Below are positions 46,801-55,689 of a stretch of DNA of 64,000 bases, piece by piece. The notes beneath the pieces are model-generated. The model worked only from the letters and a program-made list of their open reading frames with translations. It was not told where the DNA came from and made no database searches. This DNA is from a bacterium (lineage in GTDB: Bacteria > Patescibacteriota > Gracilibacteria > UBA4473): assembly GCA_018648585.1 (NCBI GenBank), contig JABGQW010000025.1, positions 3,736 through 67,735 of the forward strand. Direction: 5' to 3'. Made by a program: the position numbers and the translations under genes. Position 1 is the stretch's first letter. Each line of letters opens with the position of its first letter.

Positions 46801-48146
46801 AACGTGATGTAATCACCGTCCATGATTGTTTCGGCACTGACCTGCTCTCCGCTCACGTACAAAGCAACATTTTCGAGAATATTCTCGATTTCTGCCGTTC
46901 CGTCGTTTTTGAAGGTAACAGCTCGCAATTCAACATCTTTGTTGGTGTTTGAGCTATTTTGCATTCGGAATTTACCAATCTCGATAAAGTTGTCTCCAAC
47001 GTCGATGTTGGTGTTTGATCCAAGTGCTGAGAAAGTAACTTCTGACACTTCGTAATCTGCAACTTCCATTTCTTCTCCTTCGAGTGGAAAGTCTCCGACT
47101 ACGTTGGCTGCCGTGCTGCTGAGATCATCAGCGCTGACGACTGCCAATCGGTTGTGGTGTCCGATATTGTGATCATTCGTTCCGTATTTCGAAGAAGCCA
47201 CGATATCAGCCATCAAAGTCTGACCTGCTGGCACCACGATTGGTGGGTTGAAACGCAATTGAACAACATCGTCGTTGTTGATGGATGCGTCGTTTCCGAC
47301 TTTGAATCCGTCAATTTCCATCCACACGCTGTCGAAATCGTCGTTGTCTCCCAAACCGAGACGAGTCACGGTCAAGTTTGCAACTTCAACATCTGAATCA
47401 TCAGATGCTGTAAATTCGAAAGTTGTGTAGGGAACACTCGTTGCGTTAAATGGAACATTTGTTCCGCGAGGAGTATCGTTGGAGATTACCACCTCAAGCG
47501 TTCCTTCGGCTGGGCCGGTAGGAGCTGCTACAACCAACTGAGAATCGTAAACAACACGTGCCGTTTCTGCACGAGTCACAGGATTTGCGGGACCAAAAGT
47601 TCCGTCGCTGTATCCTGACATCAGTCCGTTGTTGTACGCAGTTTCAGCGTAGGTATAAAACCAATCGCTTGCTGCTACGTCTTTGAAGTGAGGGCCACCA
47701 GTCGTGTCGAGATCAATCTCGAACGCGTTGATAACCATTTTTGCCAATTCAACTCGGTTGATTCCGTTTCCAGGACGGAACGCTCCGTCTGGGTAACCGT
47801 CAATCCATCCGTAGTTGTACATAGTTTCGATGTAATCGTAAAACCATGCAGAAGTTGCTACGTCTGGGAAGTGAGGTCCTCCGTATGTATCGAGTTCAAC
47901 ACCTGAAGCTAAAACAATAACTTTGGCAACCTCGGCTCGGTTCAGCTGACGACTTGGGGCAAATGACCCGTCATCGTTTCCTGAAAGAACTCCTTGGTCC
48001 ATAAGTTCGCCGATAGCTTCCTCGGCCCATGATGGGATTTCTGACTCATCAGTGAAACCAAGATACGCGAATGTGGTCGCAGGTGCGATCATAAACGCCA
48101 TCCCAGCCAATGCCAATGAGGCGATCCCTTTCTTAAAGATATTCAT
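43848..48146 (-). CDS. S-layer protein with three N-terminal SLH domains
   Basis: Signal peptide MNIFKKGIASLALAGMAFMIAPATTFA. Three SLH repeats (F.D....W....I......G...G..DG.F.P.....R.E.A). About 1200 aa of T/A/V/G/D/S-rich beta-type sequence. Confidence 0.88.
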   Translation of the reverse strand: MNIFKKGIASLALAGMAFMIAPATTFAYLGFTDESEIPSWAEEAIGELMDQGVLSGNDDGSFAPSRQLNRAEVAKVIVLASGVELDTYGGPHFPDVATSAWFYDYIETMYNYGWIDGYPDGAFRPGNGINRVELAKMVINAFEIDLDTTGGPHFKDVAASDWFYTYAETAYNNGLMSGYSDGTFGPANPVTRAETARVVYDSQLVVAAPTGPAEGTLEVVISNDTPRGTNVPFNATSVPYTTFEFTASDDSDVEVANLTVTRLGLGDNDDFDSVWMEIDGFKVGNDASINNDDVVQLRFNPPIVVPAGQTLMADIVASSKYGTNDHNIGHHNRLAVVSADDLSSTAANVVGDFPLEGEEMEVADYEVSEVTFSALGSNTNIDVGDNFIEIGKFRMQNSSNTNKDVELRAVTFKNDGTAEIENILENVALYVSGEQVSAETIMDGDYITFRLDNGVTGGYVIEDGDSRIFSMRADIVSAEDGDNINFKVDNYEDIVAIEIGTSFGVKAIGNGDGYSFASATGATSTGVSCTAEAAEDNCARLMAYTIDSGDLNVSRDPASLGNQEYAPGSNDVVFMTARIVVDQPLLLDGVTVELADSSGIVDTTVSGATVTAFTNLNTYFDNFRLFLNDQLVDSENNFTSASTTPSITDAVLAFDTTFEIAGASIMKLVGNITSDAVTGTSIKVSLNSTDFESPEYISTGDQVPTDQMLGSAVASFVEVQVSSISITKSDGLSGGKIVAGVDDVTFMEFVLDNNDSGDVNVTSASIQGVGTGSADTYTEYTAAIFVDGTQQGSSKNLTSAGAATFNDLSVVIPSAGQKEFTVVFNTIEASAGVVSETLATVVANSATATVADATLYEADEDVYLTIKNAASAAATTYTVLESTTTTENLTTATGTTLTFDSAIGTAGTAGATTLTISTAGAVGDKITLTDDAGSTICVLTYVADGVITDPTCDDGVASLQLGATPTAAEQGTYLRAALAGLGYTVTGAGAAAILTETASPFITGNVNSAEVGTVVVGDANGTVGVETDGVTALNLKHTMQIEVTAVDADNVENGQTVYVYNGSALVSATALGGNEFELVNSGSLSVDLGTTIYGDVLVAGTQDVEVMRVRFNAADDEVQIRDLYFTNSVGGTDIGDRVDFKLYNAAGQLVQTKQMTGGDLHFQLGNADRISVPKDESTYVSIKVSVRDITQADQTGKRLTLALDTSEQENGVEAVTAATGSDLATANVTANSVTGQEFVAYRTEMSVGHAATQNFSGTPLAASQEIYRFVVTADSARQIELGKLKFTVNLAGMKASADAVFEVKQVKTDGNIDNTAVVTSAIADTYTAADDITGTVTVTFANQKLSAGDSRTYALLMNNTENTTAGTPAADDDTVSVTISTDNSHAGATTRAAAAGTVVWSDESSTSHSDTSADWLNGYLLNIDTTAKVNSD

Positions 48147-48482
48147 CTTCTAAGGGTTTAAAAACTAAAAATAAAAAGTGGGTGTTCAGAAAAAACTTCT
48201 GAACTTTATGAAAAAGTTGAAAAATCTCATTTTTTGGTGGCCCGGACAAAAAAAACTGAATTTTATCGAGCCCGAGCAAACGATAAAATTTCATTTTTCG
48301 GTGGACAATCCACAAAAAAAATGACAAAAGTGCCATTTTGGCACCATTAAAATGTGGTCATTTCAGACCAGTTGAGAAAAAGTTTGACGATCTGTCAAAG
48401 AGCCCTAATCCTTGCTCTGTCGCATAATCCCGCGAGCAGAGCGCAAGTGTGACATTGTAATGACGCACTTTGGATCACTGGC

Positions 48483-48510
48483 ATCGTACCGAATCAACAC
48501 AAACTGTCAA
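48483..48510 (-). promoter_or_regulatory. candidate sigma-70 promoter of the S-layer gene
   Basis: Minus strand TTGACA-N16-TACGAT. It implies a ~330-nt 5' UTR containing hairpin GTGCCA-ttt-TGGCAC. Confidence 0.4.
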
Positions 48511-48599
48511 TCGCCCCGAGCCGCTTATTGAAACGAATTTTTTAAGAATTTGTTACATCTTTTTTTGATTTTTTTTCTCAATAAAAAATCATCCCCACT

Positions 48600-49487
48600 T
48601 CTTCATTTCCAACTCGATTGAAAATCCATTTTCTTCCAAAAGAAACGCACCGCCCCCCTCATTCCCAACTCCTCCCGCTCCTCATTCCCAACTTGATTGG
48701 GAATCCAGAAAAATAGATCCCCGTTTTCACGGGAATGAGAATTTTTACCATTTTTAAAAAGAACGCAGATCTGCATTCTCTACTTTTTTAACTCTGAACT
48801 CTAAACTCTGAACTCTCAACTTTTTGAAACTTTCTCTCAATTCCCCCTGACAAGGGGGCGAGGGGGTTGTTTTTTTTCATTCCCAACTCGATTGGGAATC
48901 CAGAAAAATAGATCCCCGTTTTCACGGGAATGAGAATTTTTACTATTTTTAAAAAGAACGCAGATCTGCATTCTCTACTTTTTTAACTCTGAACTCTGAA
49001 CTCTGAACTCTCAACTTTTTGAAACTTTCTCTCAATTCCCCCTGACAAGGGGGCGAGGGGGTTGTTTTTTTTCATTCCCAACTCGATTGGGAATCCAGAA
49101 AAATAGATCCCCGTTTTCACGGGAATGAGAATTTTTACTATTTTTAAAAAGAACGCAGATCTGCATTCTCTACTTTTTTAACTCTGAACTCTGAACTCTG
49201 AACTCTCAAACTCTAAACTTTTTAAAACTTTCCCTGCATTCCCCCTGACAAGGGGGCGAGGGGGTTGTTTTTTTTCATTCCCAACTCGATTGGGAATCCA
49301 GAAAAATAGATCCCCGTTTTCACGGGAATGAGAATTTTTACTATTTTTAAAAAGAACGCAGATCTGCATTCTCTACTTTTTTAACTCTGAACTCTGAACT
49401 CTGAACTCTCAAACTCTAAACTTTTTAAAACTTTCCCTGCATTCCCCCTGACAAGGGGGCGAGGGGGTTGTTTTTTTCAACGCGAAA
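48600..49487. repeat. modular tandem repeat array: 4 full units plus a degenerate leading copy
   Basis: Unit starts at ~48683, 48878, 49073 and 49276 (periods 195, 195, 203, 202 nt). The units are near-identical. See findings. Confidence 0.92.
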
Positions 49488-49493
49488 CTTTTT

Positions 49494-49958
49494 CTATTTC
49501 ACCGCATCCTGAAATTCTTGAAACGAGTCGCGACTCTGCTCGGCACCTTCGCGAATTTTTCGAATCGCGTCCTGCAGCTGTTCTGCCGCTGATTTCGCCT
49601 GCTTGTATCGCTGCTCCAAATCAACCAGTTTTTCTTCCATTTTTGTTTTTTGTGTCTCGAGTTCAATTTTTTTTTCGACCAACTGTCGCTCAAATTCTTC
49701 CGGTGAAAGATCAAGCGCCTGAAGTTTTTCCGGTAAATTTTTCAAATTTTCAACAAGTGACTCGTACACCTGTTGCAAATCCTCGTGCTGCCCCCCCAAA
49801 AGTTCCGCACGTTCTGCGTCCGTCTGACTTCCCACAAAATCTTCAAAAAAAATGCGCGCCTGAAAAAGTCGGCCGTCCAAAACAATTTTTCCAGATTCCG
49901 TACCAGAAAAAACCCACAACCCGCCAAGCGCCACCGCACACAAAAAAAATTTTTTCAT
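49494..49958 (-). CDS. secreted or membrane-anchored coiled-coil protein
   Basis: Hydrophobic N-terminus MKKFFLCAVALGGLWVF followed by E/K/Q-rich helices. Start moved in-frame to that Met. Confidence 0.55.
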   Translation of the reverse strand: MKKFFLCAVALGGLWVFSGTESGKIVLDGRLFQARIFFEDFVGSQTDAERAELLGGQHEDLQQVYESLVENLKNLPEKLQALDLSPEEFERQLVEKKIELETQKTKMEEKLVDLEQRYKQAKSAAEQLQDAIRKIREGAEQSRDSFQEFQDAVK

Positions 49959-50039
49959 TTTCCAAAAAATCAACCGCAGCTTGCCACGAAATGAGAATTT
50001 TGACAATTTTTAAACTCGAAACTCTCAACTCAAAACTCT

Positions 50040-50245
50040 CAACTTTTTTGAATTTTTAAAACTTTCTCTGCATTCCCCCTGACAAGGGGGCAAGGGGGTT
50101 GCTTTTTTTTGTTTTTAAAAAACTCGCAACTTTTCGGAACGCAGCTCTGCATTCCCTACTTTTTAAAAAACTCTGAACTCTTAACTTTTAACTTTTTTAA
50201 AACTCTGAACTCTGAACTCTTAACTTTTAACTCTAAACTCCCCCT
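50040..50245. repeat. partial copy of the modular repeat family
   Basis: CCCCCTGACAAGGGGGCAAGGGGGTTGC plus a T-run, GGAACGCAGCTCTGCATTCC, and AACTCTGAACTCTGAACTCTTAAC heptamers. Confidence 0.8.
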
Positions 50246-50577
50246 CAATTTCCCCCATCGCTGAGCAACTCTCGAATGTCAGAACCGTGAAAATTATTCA
50301 ACTGCTCGGAAATCCCACGAACGGATTCTGGCGACAAAACGCGAATCGGCACAATCGGCAGCTGCACGCGCTCTGGTCGCGTGTCGAGATCTTTTTTCAA
50401 AAGCCCCTCCATCGTCACCCGCGCATCGCAGTGCGGACAAAAAAACTGAAACGCCAAACTTTCTTCGTCTGCCGACATCACATCCAGCTCCGCACCAGTC
50501 AATTTTTGACGGCAACGCGGGCACGGAATGTGCTCCAGAATTTCGTCCACCAATTTCGTAACATTTCGAAAATCCAT
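50245..50577 (-). CDS. zinc-ribbon protein
   Basis: CPRC...(26 aa)...CPHC. Start moved in-frame to MDFRNV. Confidence 0.5.
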   Translation of the reverse strand: MDFRNVTKLVDEILEHIPCPRCRQKLTGAELDVMSADEESLAFQFFCPHCDARVTMEGLLKKDLDTRPERVQLPIVPIRVLSPESVRGISEQLNNFHGSDIRELLSDGGN

Positions 50578-50874
50578 CACAGAAAATTTTGACGGGATTT
50601 TTAGGGGGACGCAAGGATTTCCAGTGGACAAAAAGAAAGAAAAATACTTGAGTAACCCGACCCACCGAAACTCGCTCCCAGAGAACGGAAACTCACATTT
50701 TGACAAACTGAAAAATGTGCACATTTTTTACTCCTGACGCAACCATTGACACAAAAAAAAGGCGTTGTCCTGCGGATAAAAATGAACAAATAATTTTCTT
50801 TCTTTTTTTGTGGAAAACTAAAAAATTCGACACTTTTTGCAAAAAAGCGCCCACAATTTTCAAAAAGAAAAAAC

Positions 50875-52833
50875 TCAGTACACAAACACCGAGAAAAATA
50901 TTTGACTGACTTCGCCGCGCAAATCTTCAACCCAGAGGGACATTTTGTGTTCTCCGGCGGCCGAAAATGTTCGAGAAATTCTTGCGCCCCGAATCGCCGC
51001 TGGCGCACCCGATCGCGAGTTTGATCGCTGCTGCCAATAAAGATTTGTGTTTGTCGGGGAAACCGTTTGCAGTGTTTTTGAAGTTTTGTTCGGAGCGGAC
51101 CAGTAAAATTTAAGATTTTTTCCAACACTCGCTCGCGCATCAAAAATGACCGATTCGCCCACGCGCGGATATTTTTTGGAAATGGAAACCGTTGCCTGCG
51201 GCGCGGGAATTGAAAAAACTTCAACTGTTTTTTGCACGGTTCGAACATTTTTTCCCGCATCTCGAATCTGCATCCGCACGGTCACTTCTCCGGGATTAGA
51301 AAAAATCCACTCGGAAGAATTGGACGAACGAAAATCACTTTCCCATTTTCCGTCACCGTCCAGATCAAATCGCACTTCGAGCGTCCGACTCGTCGTCGAA
51401 TTCCAAGAATTTTCAGAATTTTCAAATAAATTTTTCGGAAAAAATCGCACGCGATCGCCGACGTAAATTTGCGCTGGCGAGTGCGAAATCGTACCCACGG
51501 GAATCGTATTTTGTTGCACCCGAATCCGGCGCGTTTGCGTCACGACCGTGGAATCTTCGTTTCGAATTTCGAGCGTGACGAGAAAATCTCCCGTGCGATC
51601 AAAAATCGTGTGTGTGTGATTTTGAGAAGAAAATGCGGTTTTCCACCGTGTAAATTGACGTTCGGTTTTTTGAAACTGAACGTCTGATTCTTCGTTCCAG
51701 AGTTGCAAAACCGCCCAGCGGTACTGATATTTTTGGGAACGAACCGGCGTACTGCGCAGCGTCGCGGAAAATCGCAGATCGTCGCCCACTTCGGCGGAAA
51801 CAATCGACGAATTCGTATTTCCAAAATGAGACATGTTGGTTAAATTTTGAACAAAAATTTCGGCAGAAAAATCCACCGGATCCGGCTCCAAATCAACAGA
51901 AAGTTCTGTTTGTTCGCAGAACGGGTTGGCGTACCCAAAACACGCGCGAACGCGGATTTTGTGAATTCCAGGCGAATCAAATTTATTCGTCACAATTTTT
52001 GAGCGCGGAGACCGATTCCACTGCTGTCCGTCGAAACTCCACTCCAGCCAGCCGAGCGCCGGCACACGCGAACGACTCGCGTCGAACGTGAAAATTGTCG
52101 ATTCGGTGAATCCAGAAATTCCAGGACGAACGTCCACGATCGGCGGCACGACTGGCGTGGACACGATTTTCAATTTTGACCAACGCGACCGCGGGAGAAT
52201 CAAACCGAGCAACGTTCGTTTTTTGGGAACAATTCCCTCGATTTCTAAAATTTCTCCGTCAAAAAATTTAATTTCAGCGCGCGGAGAAGTCGTCGTCGCC
52301 GTGTCAAAAACGTGCGAAACAAATTTTTGGCGCGACCAGCCGGTGTCCCAATTTCCATCGTTGTCAAAATCCCAGCGTGCCAAAACTTCGTTGATATTTT
52401 CACTGGCACTCGCAGAAATCACGAGAGTGAAATCAATCGGCTGCCCGACGTACGCCTGCGTTTTTTCAACGGAAATCTGTGCGCTCCGCGGAAAAACATC
52501 GATGACTTTGTACGTGCGGTACGTCGTGGAAATCAGCTGCGTTTCGCGATCGCGGATCTGACATTTTGTCGTGTACGATCCGATGTTTTTCGGTGAGAAA
52601 TCGAGTGTCAATCGCGAAGAAAACTGCGTCCATCCACTCGTCGGAGAAACCTGACAGCGCATTTCGATTCCGCCAGAATTTCCAGCGGAATTGCGCGAAT
52701 CCGTCGCGTCAATCGTAAAAGTCGATCCCGCCCCACCGAGGTGGGGCGAAACCGAGAAGTTGGCGTGCGGCAAGCCGCTCGCCAACACGGGGCAGGTAAT
52801 CAACAAGCCAATTCCGAAAATCCATTTTTTCAT
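50875..52833 (-). CDS. secreted protein with repeated PKD/Ig-like domains
   Basis: Signal peptide MKKWIFGIGLLITCPVLASG. Repeated F.(F/I)DA..S and DxDGDG.W motifs (FDNDGNWDTGW, FDLDGDGKWESDF). Confidence 0.7.
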   Translation of the reverse strand: MKKWIFGIGLLITCPVLASGLPHANFSVSPHLGGAGSTFTIDATDSRNSAGNSGGIEMRCQVSPTSGWTQFSSRLTLDFSPKNIGSYTTKCQIRDRETQLISTTYRTYKVIDVFPRSAQISVEKTQAYVGQPIDFTLVISASASENINEVLARWDFDNDGNWDTGWSRQKFVSHVFDTATTTSPRAEIKFFDGEILEIEGIVPKKRTLLGLILPRSRWSKLKIVSTPVVPPIVDVRPGISGFTESTIFTFDASRSRVPALGWLEWSFDGQQWNRSPRSKIVTNKFDSPGIHKIRVRACFGYANPFCEQTELSVDLEPDPVDFSAEIFVQNLTNMSHFGNTNSSIVSAEVGDDLRFSATLRSTPVRSQKYQYRWAVLQLWNEESDVQFQKTERQFTRWKTAFSSQNHTHTIFDRTGDFLVTLEIRNEDSTVVTQTRRIRVQQNTIPVGTISHSPAQIYVGDRVRFFPKNLFENSENSWNSTTSRTLEVRFDLDGDGKWESDFRSSNSSEWIFSNPGEVTVRMQIRDAGKNVRTVQKTVEVFSIPAPQATVSISKKYPRVGESVIFDARASVGKNLKFYWSAPNKTSKTLQTVSPTNTNLYWQQRSNSRSGAPAAIRGARISRTFSAAGEHKMSLWVEDLRGEVSQIFFSVFVY

Positions 52834-52934
52834 CCGCGGAAGACTTGTACAACTTTTTAGAAAAATTGTCAAGTCTCGCCGTTCGCAAATTTTAAAAAAA
52901 CCACTACACTCCGAGAGAATTTTTTGAAACTAAA

Positions 52935-54206
52935 ATGGAAAAAATGCAGATCCACACGCGCACGCTCTCAAACGGACTTCGGATTCAAGCCGTCGAAATG
53001 CCCGGCACTGCGGTCGTCACAACTTTGATTCTCGCCGGAGCGGGATCGCGATACGAAACGATTGAAGTTGCTGGAATTTCACACTTTTTGGAACACATGT
53101 TTTTCAAGGGAGCAAAAAAATATTCCACGCCGAAGGCCGTCGCTGAAGCAGTGGATTCGTTCGGTGGCGAATTCAACGCGTTCACGGGAAAAGAGTACGC
53201 CGGATATTACGTCAAATCGGGCGCGCAAAATTTGGAAAAATCGCTCGACGTGCTGTCGGACATGCTACTGAACTCGAAATTTGCACCGCAAGAAATTGAC
53301 CACGAACGCGGCGTGATTTTGGAAGAAATGGCGATGTACCTCGACATGCCAACGTACCAAATCAGTTGGGATTTTGAACGGCTTGTTTTTGGCGATCAAC
53401 CGCTCGGACGCGACCAGATCGGAACCCGCGAACTGATTAAAAATGTCACACAGCAACAATTTCAAAAATATCAGAAAAATCTGTACTCGCCAGACAATCT
53501 CGTAATCACGCTCGCCGGCGCGGTCGATGAAAAATCGATCGATTTGGTCGAGAAGTTTTTCGAAATGCCCGCGTGGAAAAAATCGCACGAACCCGTAAAA
53601 TTTGATCCAATGCTCGGCACGCGAAAATTTAAAATTCGAGAGAAAAAAACCGAGCAGTACCACATTTCATTCGGCGTGCGCGCGCTGTCGGAACGCGATG
53701 AAAATTTTCCAGCGCTGAAAATTTTGTCGACGATTTTGGGTGGAAATATGTCGAGCCGAATGTTTCAGCACGTGCGCGAACAAAAAGGGTTGTGCTACTC
53801 GATCCGCAGCTCGATCGACGAGTACACCGACGCAGGACTTTTGACCACGAGCGCCGGCGTAAAACTCGACGATGTTTTAAAATCCGCCACCGCGATCCGC
53901 GCGGAGTACGATGATTTGCGGGAAAACGGATTCAGCGACGCCGAACTCGAAAAAGCGAAAAATTACGTGCTGGGAAAAACCGATCTGCTGACCGAAGACA
54001 CCGAGGCAGTCGCGCATTATTTTGGGAAAAATCAACTTTTGTACCGCGATTTGGAAAGTTTCGAAGACTGGAAAAATCAAATCTCCACGGTCGAAAAATC
54101 TGCGGTTGAAAATCTTGCGCAGAAACTGCTCGTGCCAGAAAATTTTCGGTTCGCGGGAATCGGCCCCAAAATTGACGAAGAAAAATTACAGCAAATTATT
54201 TCGTAA
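52935..54206 (+). CDS. M16 family (pitrilysin/insulinase-like) zinc peptidase
   Basis: Inverted zinc motif HFLEH with downstream GGEFNAFTGKEYAGYY. Confidence 0.88.
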   Translation: MEKMQIHTRTLSNGLRIQAVEMPGTAVVTTLILAGAGSRYETIEVAGISHFLEHMFFKGAKKYSTPKAVAEAVDSFGGEFNAFTGKEYAGYYVKSGAQNLEKSLDVLSDMLLNSKFAPQEIDHERGVILEEMAMYLDMPTYQISWDFERLVFGDQPLGRDQIGTRELIKNVTQQQFQKYQKNLYSPDNLVITLAGAVDEKSIDLVEKFFEMPAWKKSHEPVKFDPMLGTRKFKIREKKTEQYHISFGVRALSERDENFPALKILSTILGGNMSSRMFQHVREQKGLCYSIRSSIDEYTDAGLLTTSAGVKLDDVLKSATAIRAEYDDLRENGFSDAELEKAKNYVLGKTDLLTEDTEAVAHYFGKNQLLYRDLESFEDWKNQISTVEKSAVENLAQKLLVPENFRFAGIGPKIDEEKLQQIIS

Positions 54207-54215
54207 ATTTTAAAA

Positions 54216-54662
54216 ATGGGAAATGTCGGCTGTCCAATTTCGTTGAAAATAACCGACACGTGCGTCGCGCGGATCAACGCGGCTGCTGCGGTTTTGATCG
54301 CCGTGATTTCTCTTTTTTGGCCAAACTGGTTTTTGCCGCTGCTGCTGGCCGGAGATTTTTTTCTGCTCGGATTTTTGGAAATGAAATCGCCCCGCAGCGT
54401 GGGCGCGAAAAAAATTGCCGCGGTTCTCAAAAATTGTCGAAAAGTGAACGCCGGTCCAAAACTTTTTGCCGCAAAAATTGGATTTTGGGTTTCGCTCGTA
54501 ATTTTTATTTGCGCAGTCGCAAACTGGAACACCGCCTATTTTATTTTTGCCACAATCCTGACAATTGCCGCCGGAGCCGAGGCGATTTTTGAATTTTGTC
54601 TCGGGTGCAAAATTTTTCCGATCTGGCACCGGATCACGTCAAAATTAAAAGCGAAAAAATAA
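54216..54662 (+). CDS. DUF4395-like membrane protein
   Basis: Four hydrophobic segments and a C-terminal FCLGCKIF motif. Confidence 0.6.
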   Translation: MGNVGCPISLKITDTCVARINAAAAVLIAVISLFWPNWFLPLLLAGDFFLLGFLEMKSPRSVGAKKIAAVLKNCRKVNAGPKLFAAKIGFWVSLVIFICAVANWNTAYFIFATILTIAAGAEAIFEFCLGCKIFPIWHRITSKLKAKK

Positions 54663-54685
54663 ATCGCTGATCAAAAAAATCATTT

Positions 54686-55669
54686 TCACTCTGTTTGCAA
54701 TTTTTCGTCGAGCTGCGCCGTTTTTTTATTTTCAGATTCAAAAACTTCCGCCTGCGCCGCAAACTGATCGAGAAAAACTTCGTGCGCCGCATCGTGCCGC
54801 TGCGATTGAAACATCCGGATCAATTTTAATTTTTCAAAATCAAGCGCCTGATCCGCCTCGCACCGCTCCCCCAAACATTCTTTTCGGTGCACCGTGTAAT
54901 TTAAAATTTCCGGCGACAATTTTTTTTCTTCCTCCAAAACTTCTCGTGTGATTTTTCCCGCAACACGATGATCCGGGTGATCGTCCGCTCGCGACGGAAT
55001 GAAAATTGTGTCGGGATCCCAATTTTTCAAAATTTTGCGCAAATTTTCTTTGAGCCGAATCCGCGTGTACGCAGAATTTGGAAAATACGAATTTCGCCCG
55101 CTCGAACGCTGTCCGGTGTACGAACTTTGCGCATTTCCACGCGTGTCGATGTCGGCCAAATTTCCGTCAGGAAATCCGAGAAACGCAACGTCTCGATCCG
55201 ACAATCCGAGCGATCGCACCGCCCGCAGCGACTCATTTCGGCGAAGAACTCCGTACGATTTTGCAGCAGAAAAATCTTCGTCGGCGAGCGCGTCGCCGTC
55301 GGTGACGTACACAATTTTCACCGATTCGCCGTTTTCAATTTTTTCAGAAAGTGTTCGACTGCAGCACAAAATTTCATCGTCTGGATGCGGCGCCACCACA
55401 ACCGTTGTTTTGGAACTTTCCGTCACAGGAAAAACACTCGTTTGCAACTCCCGCGTAAAACTCGAATTTTCCAGCGCACGTTTTCGTTCTGCGATTCGCT
55501 CACGCGTCGCCGCCGCTCGCTCGAGATAAAAATTCCGATTTTTTTCTTTTTGAAAATCCGCGGCCTGTTCGATCACCGGCGTTTGACGAGAAATTTGACG
55601 ATGATCCACGTCCGCATTTCCACTCAAAATCTGCTGCCAAAAAATTCCCGCCACTAAAAATTCTCCCAT
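54686..55669 (-). CDS. PIG-L/LmbE family deacetylase
   Basis: VVAPHPDDEILC, VTDGD, DDHPDH. Confidence 0.82.
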   Translation of the reverse strand: MGEFLVAGIFWQQILSGNADVDHRQISRQTPVIEQAADFQKEKNRNFYLERAAATRERIAERKRALENSSFTRELQTSVFPVTESSKTTVVVAPHPDDEILCCSRTLSEKIENGESVKIVYVTDGDALADEDFSAAKSYGVLRRNESLRAVRSLGLSDRDVAFLGFPDGNLADIDTRGNAQSSYTGQRSSGRNSYFPNSAYTRIRLKENLRKILKNWDPDTIFIPSRADDHPDHRVAGKITREVLEEEKKLSPEILNYTVHRKECLGERCEADQALDFEKLKLIRMFQSQRHDAAHEVFLDQFAAQAEVFESENKKTAQLDEKLQTE

Positions 55670-55689
55670 CGCGAGACATTCTCGCGGGG

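Noticed and set aside
48133-49369. Tracked ORFs at 48133-48336 (67 aa) and 49178-49369 (63 aa) in the S-layer upstream region and repeat array
   Set aside because: The first overlaps the S-layer start and 5' UTR with no motif. The second is generated by the repeat unit itself and would recur in every unit. Neither is considered coding.
50601-51260. 219-aa minus-strand ORF spanning the zinc-ribbon/PKD intergenic region
   Set aside because: It lies out of frame over the 3' part of the PKD gene and the A/T-rich spacer, and its translation is low-complexity. The PKD protein frame has a signal peptide and repeated domain motifs.
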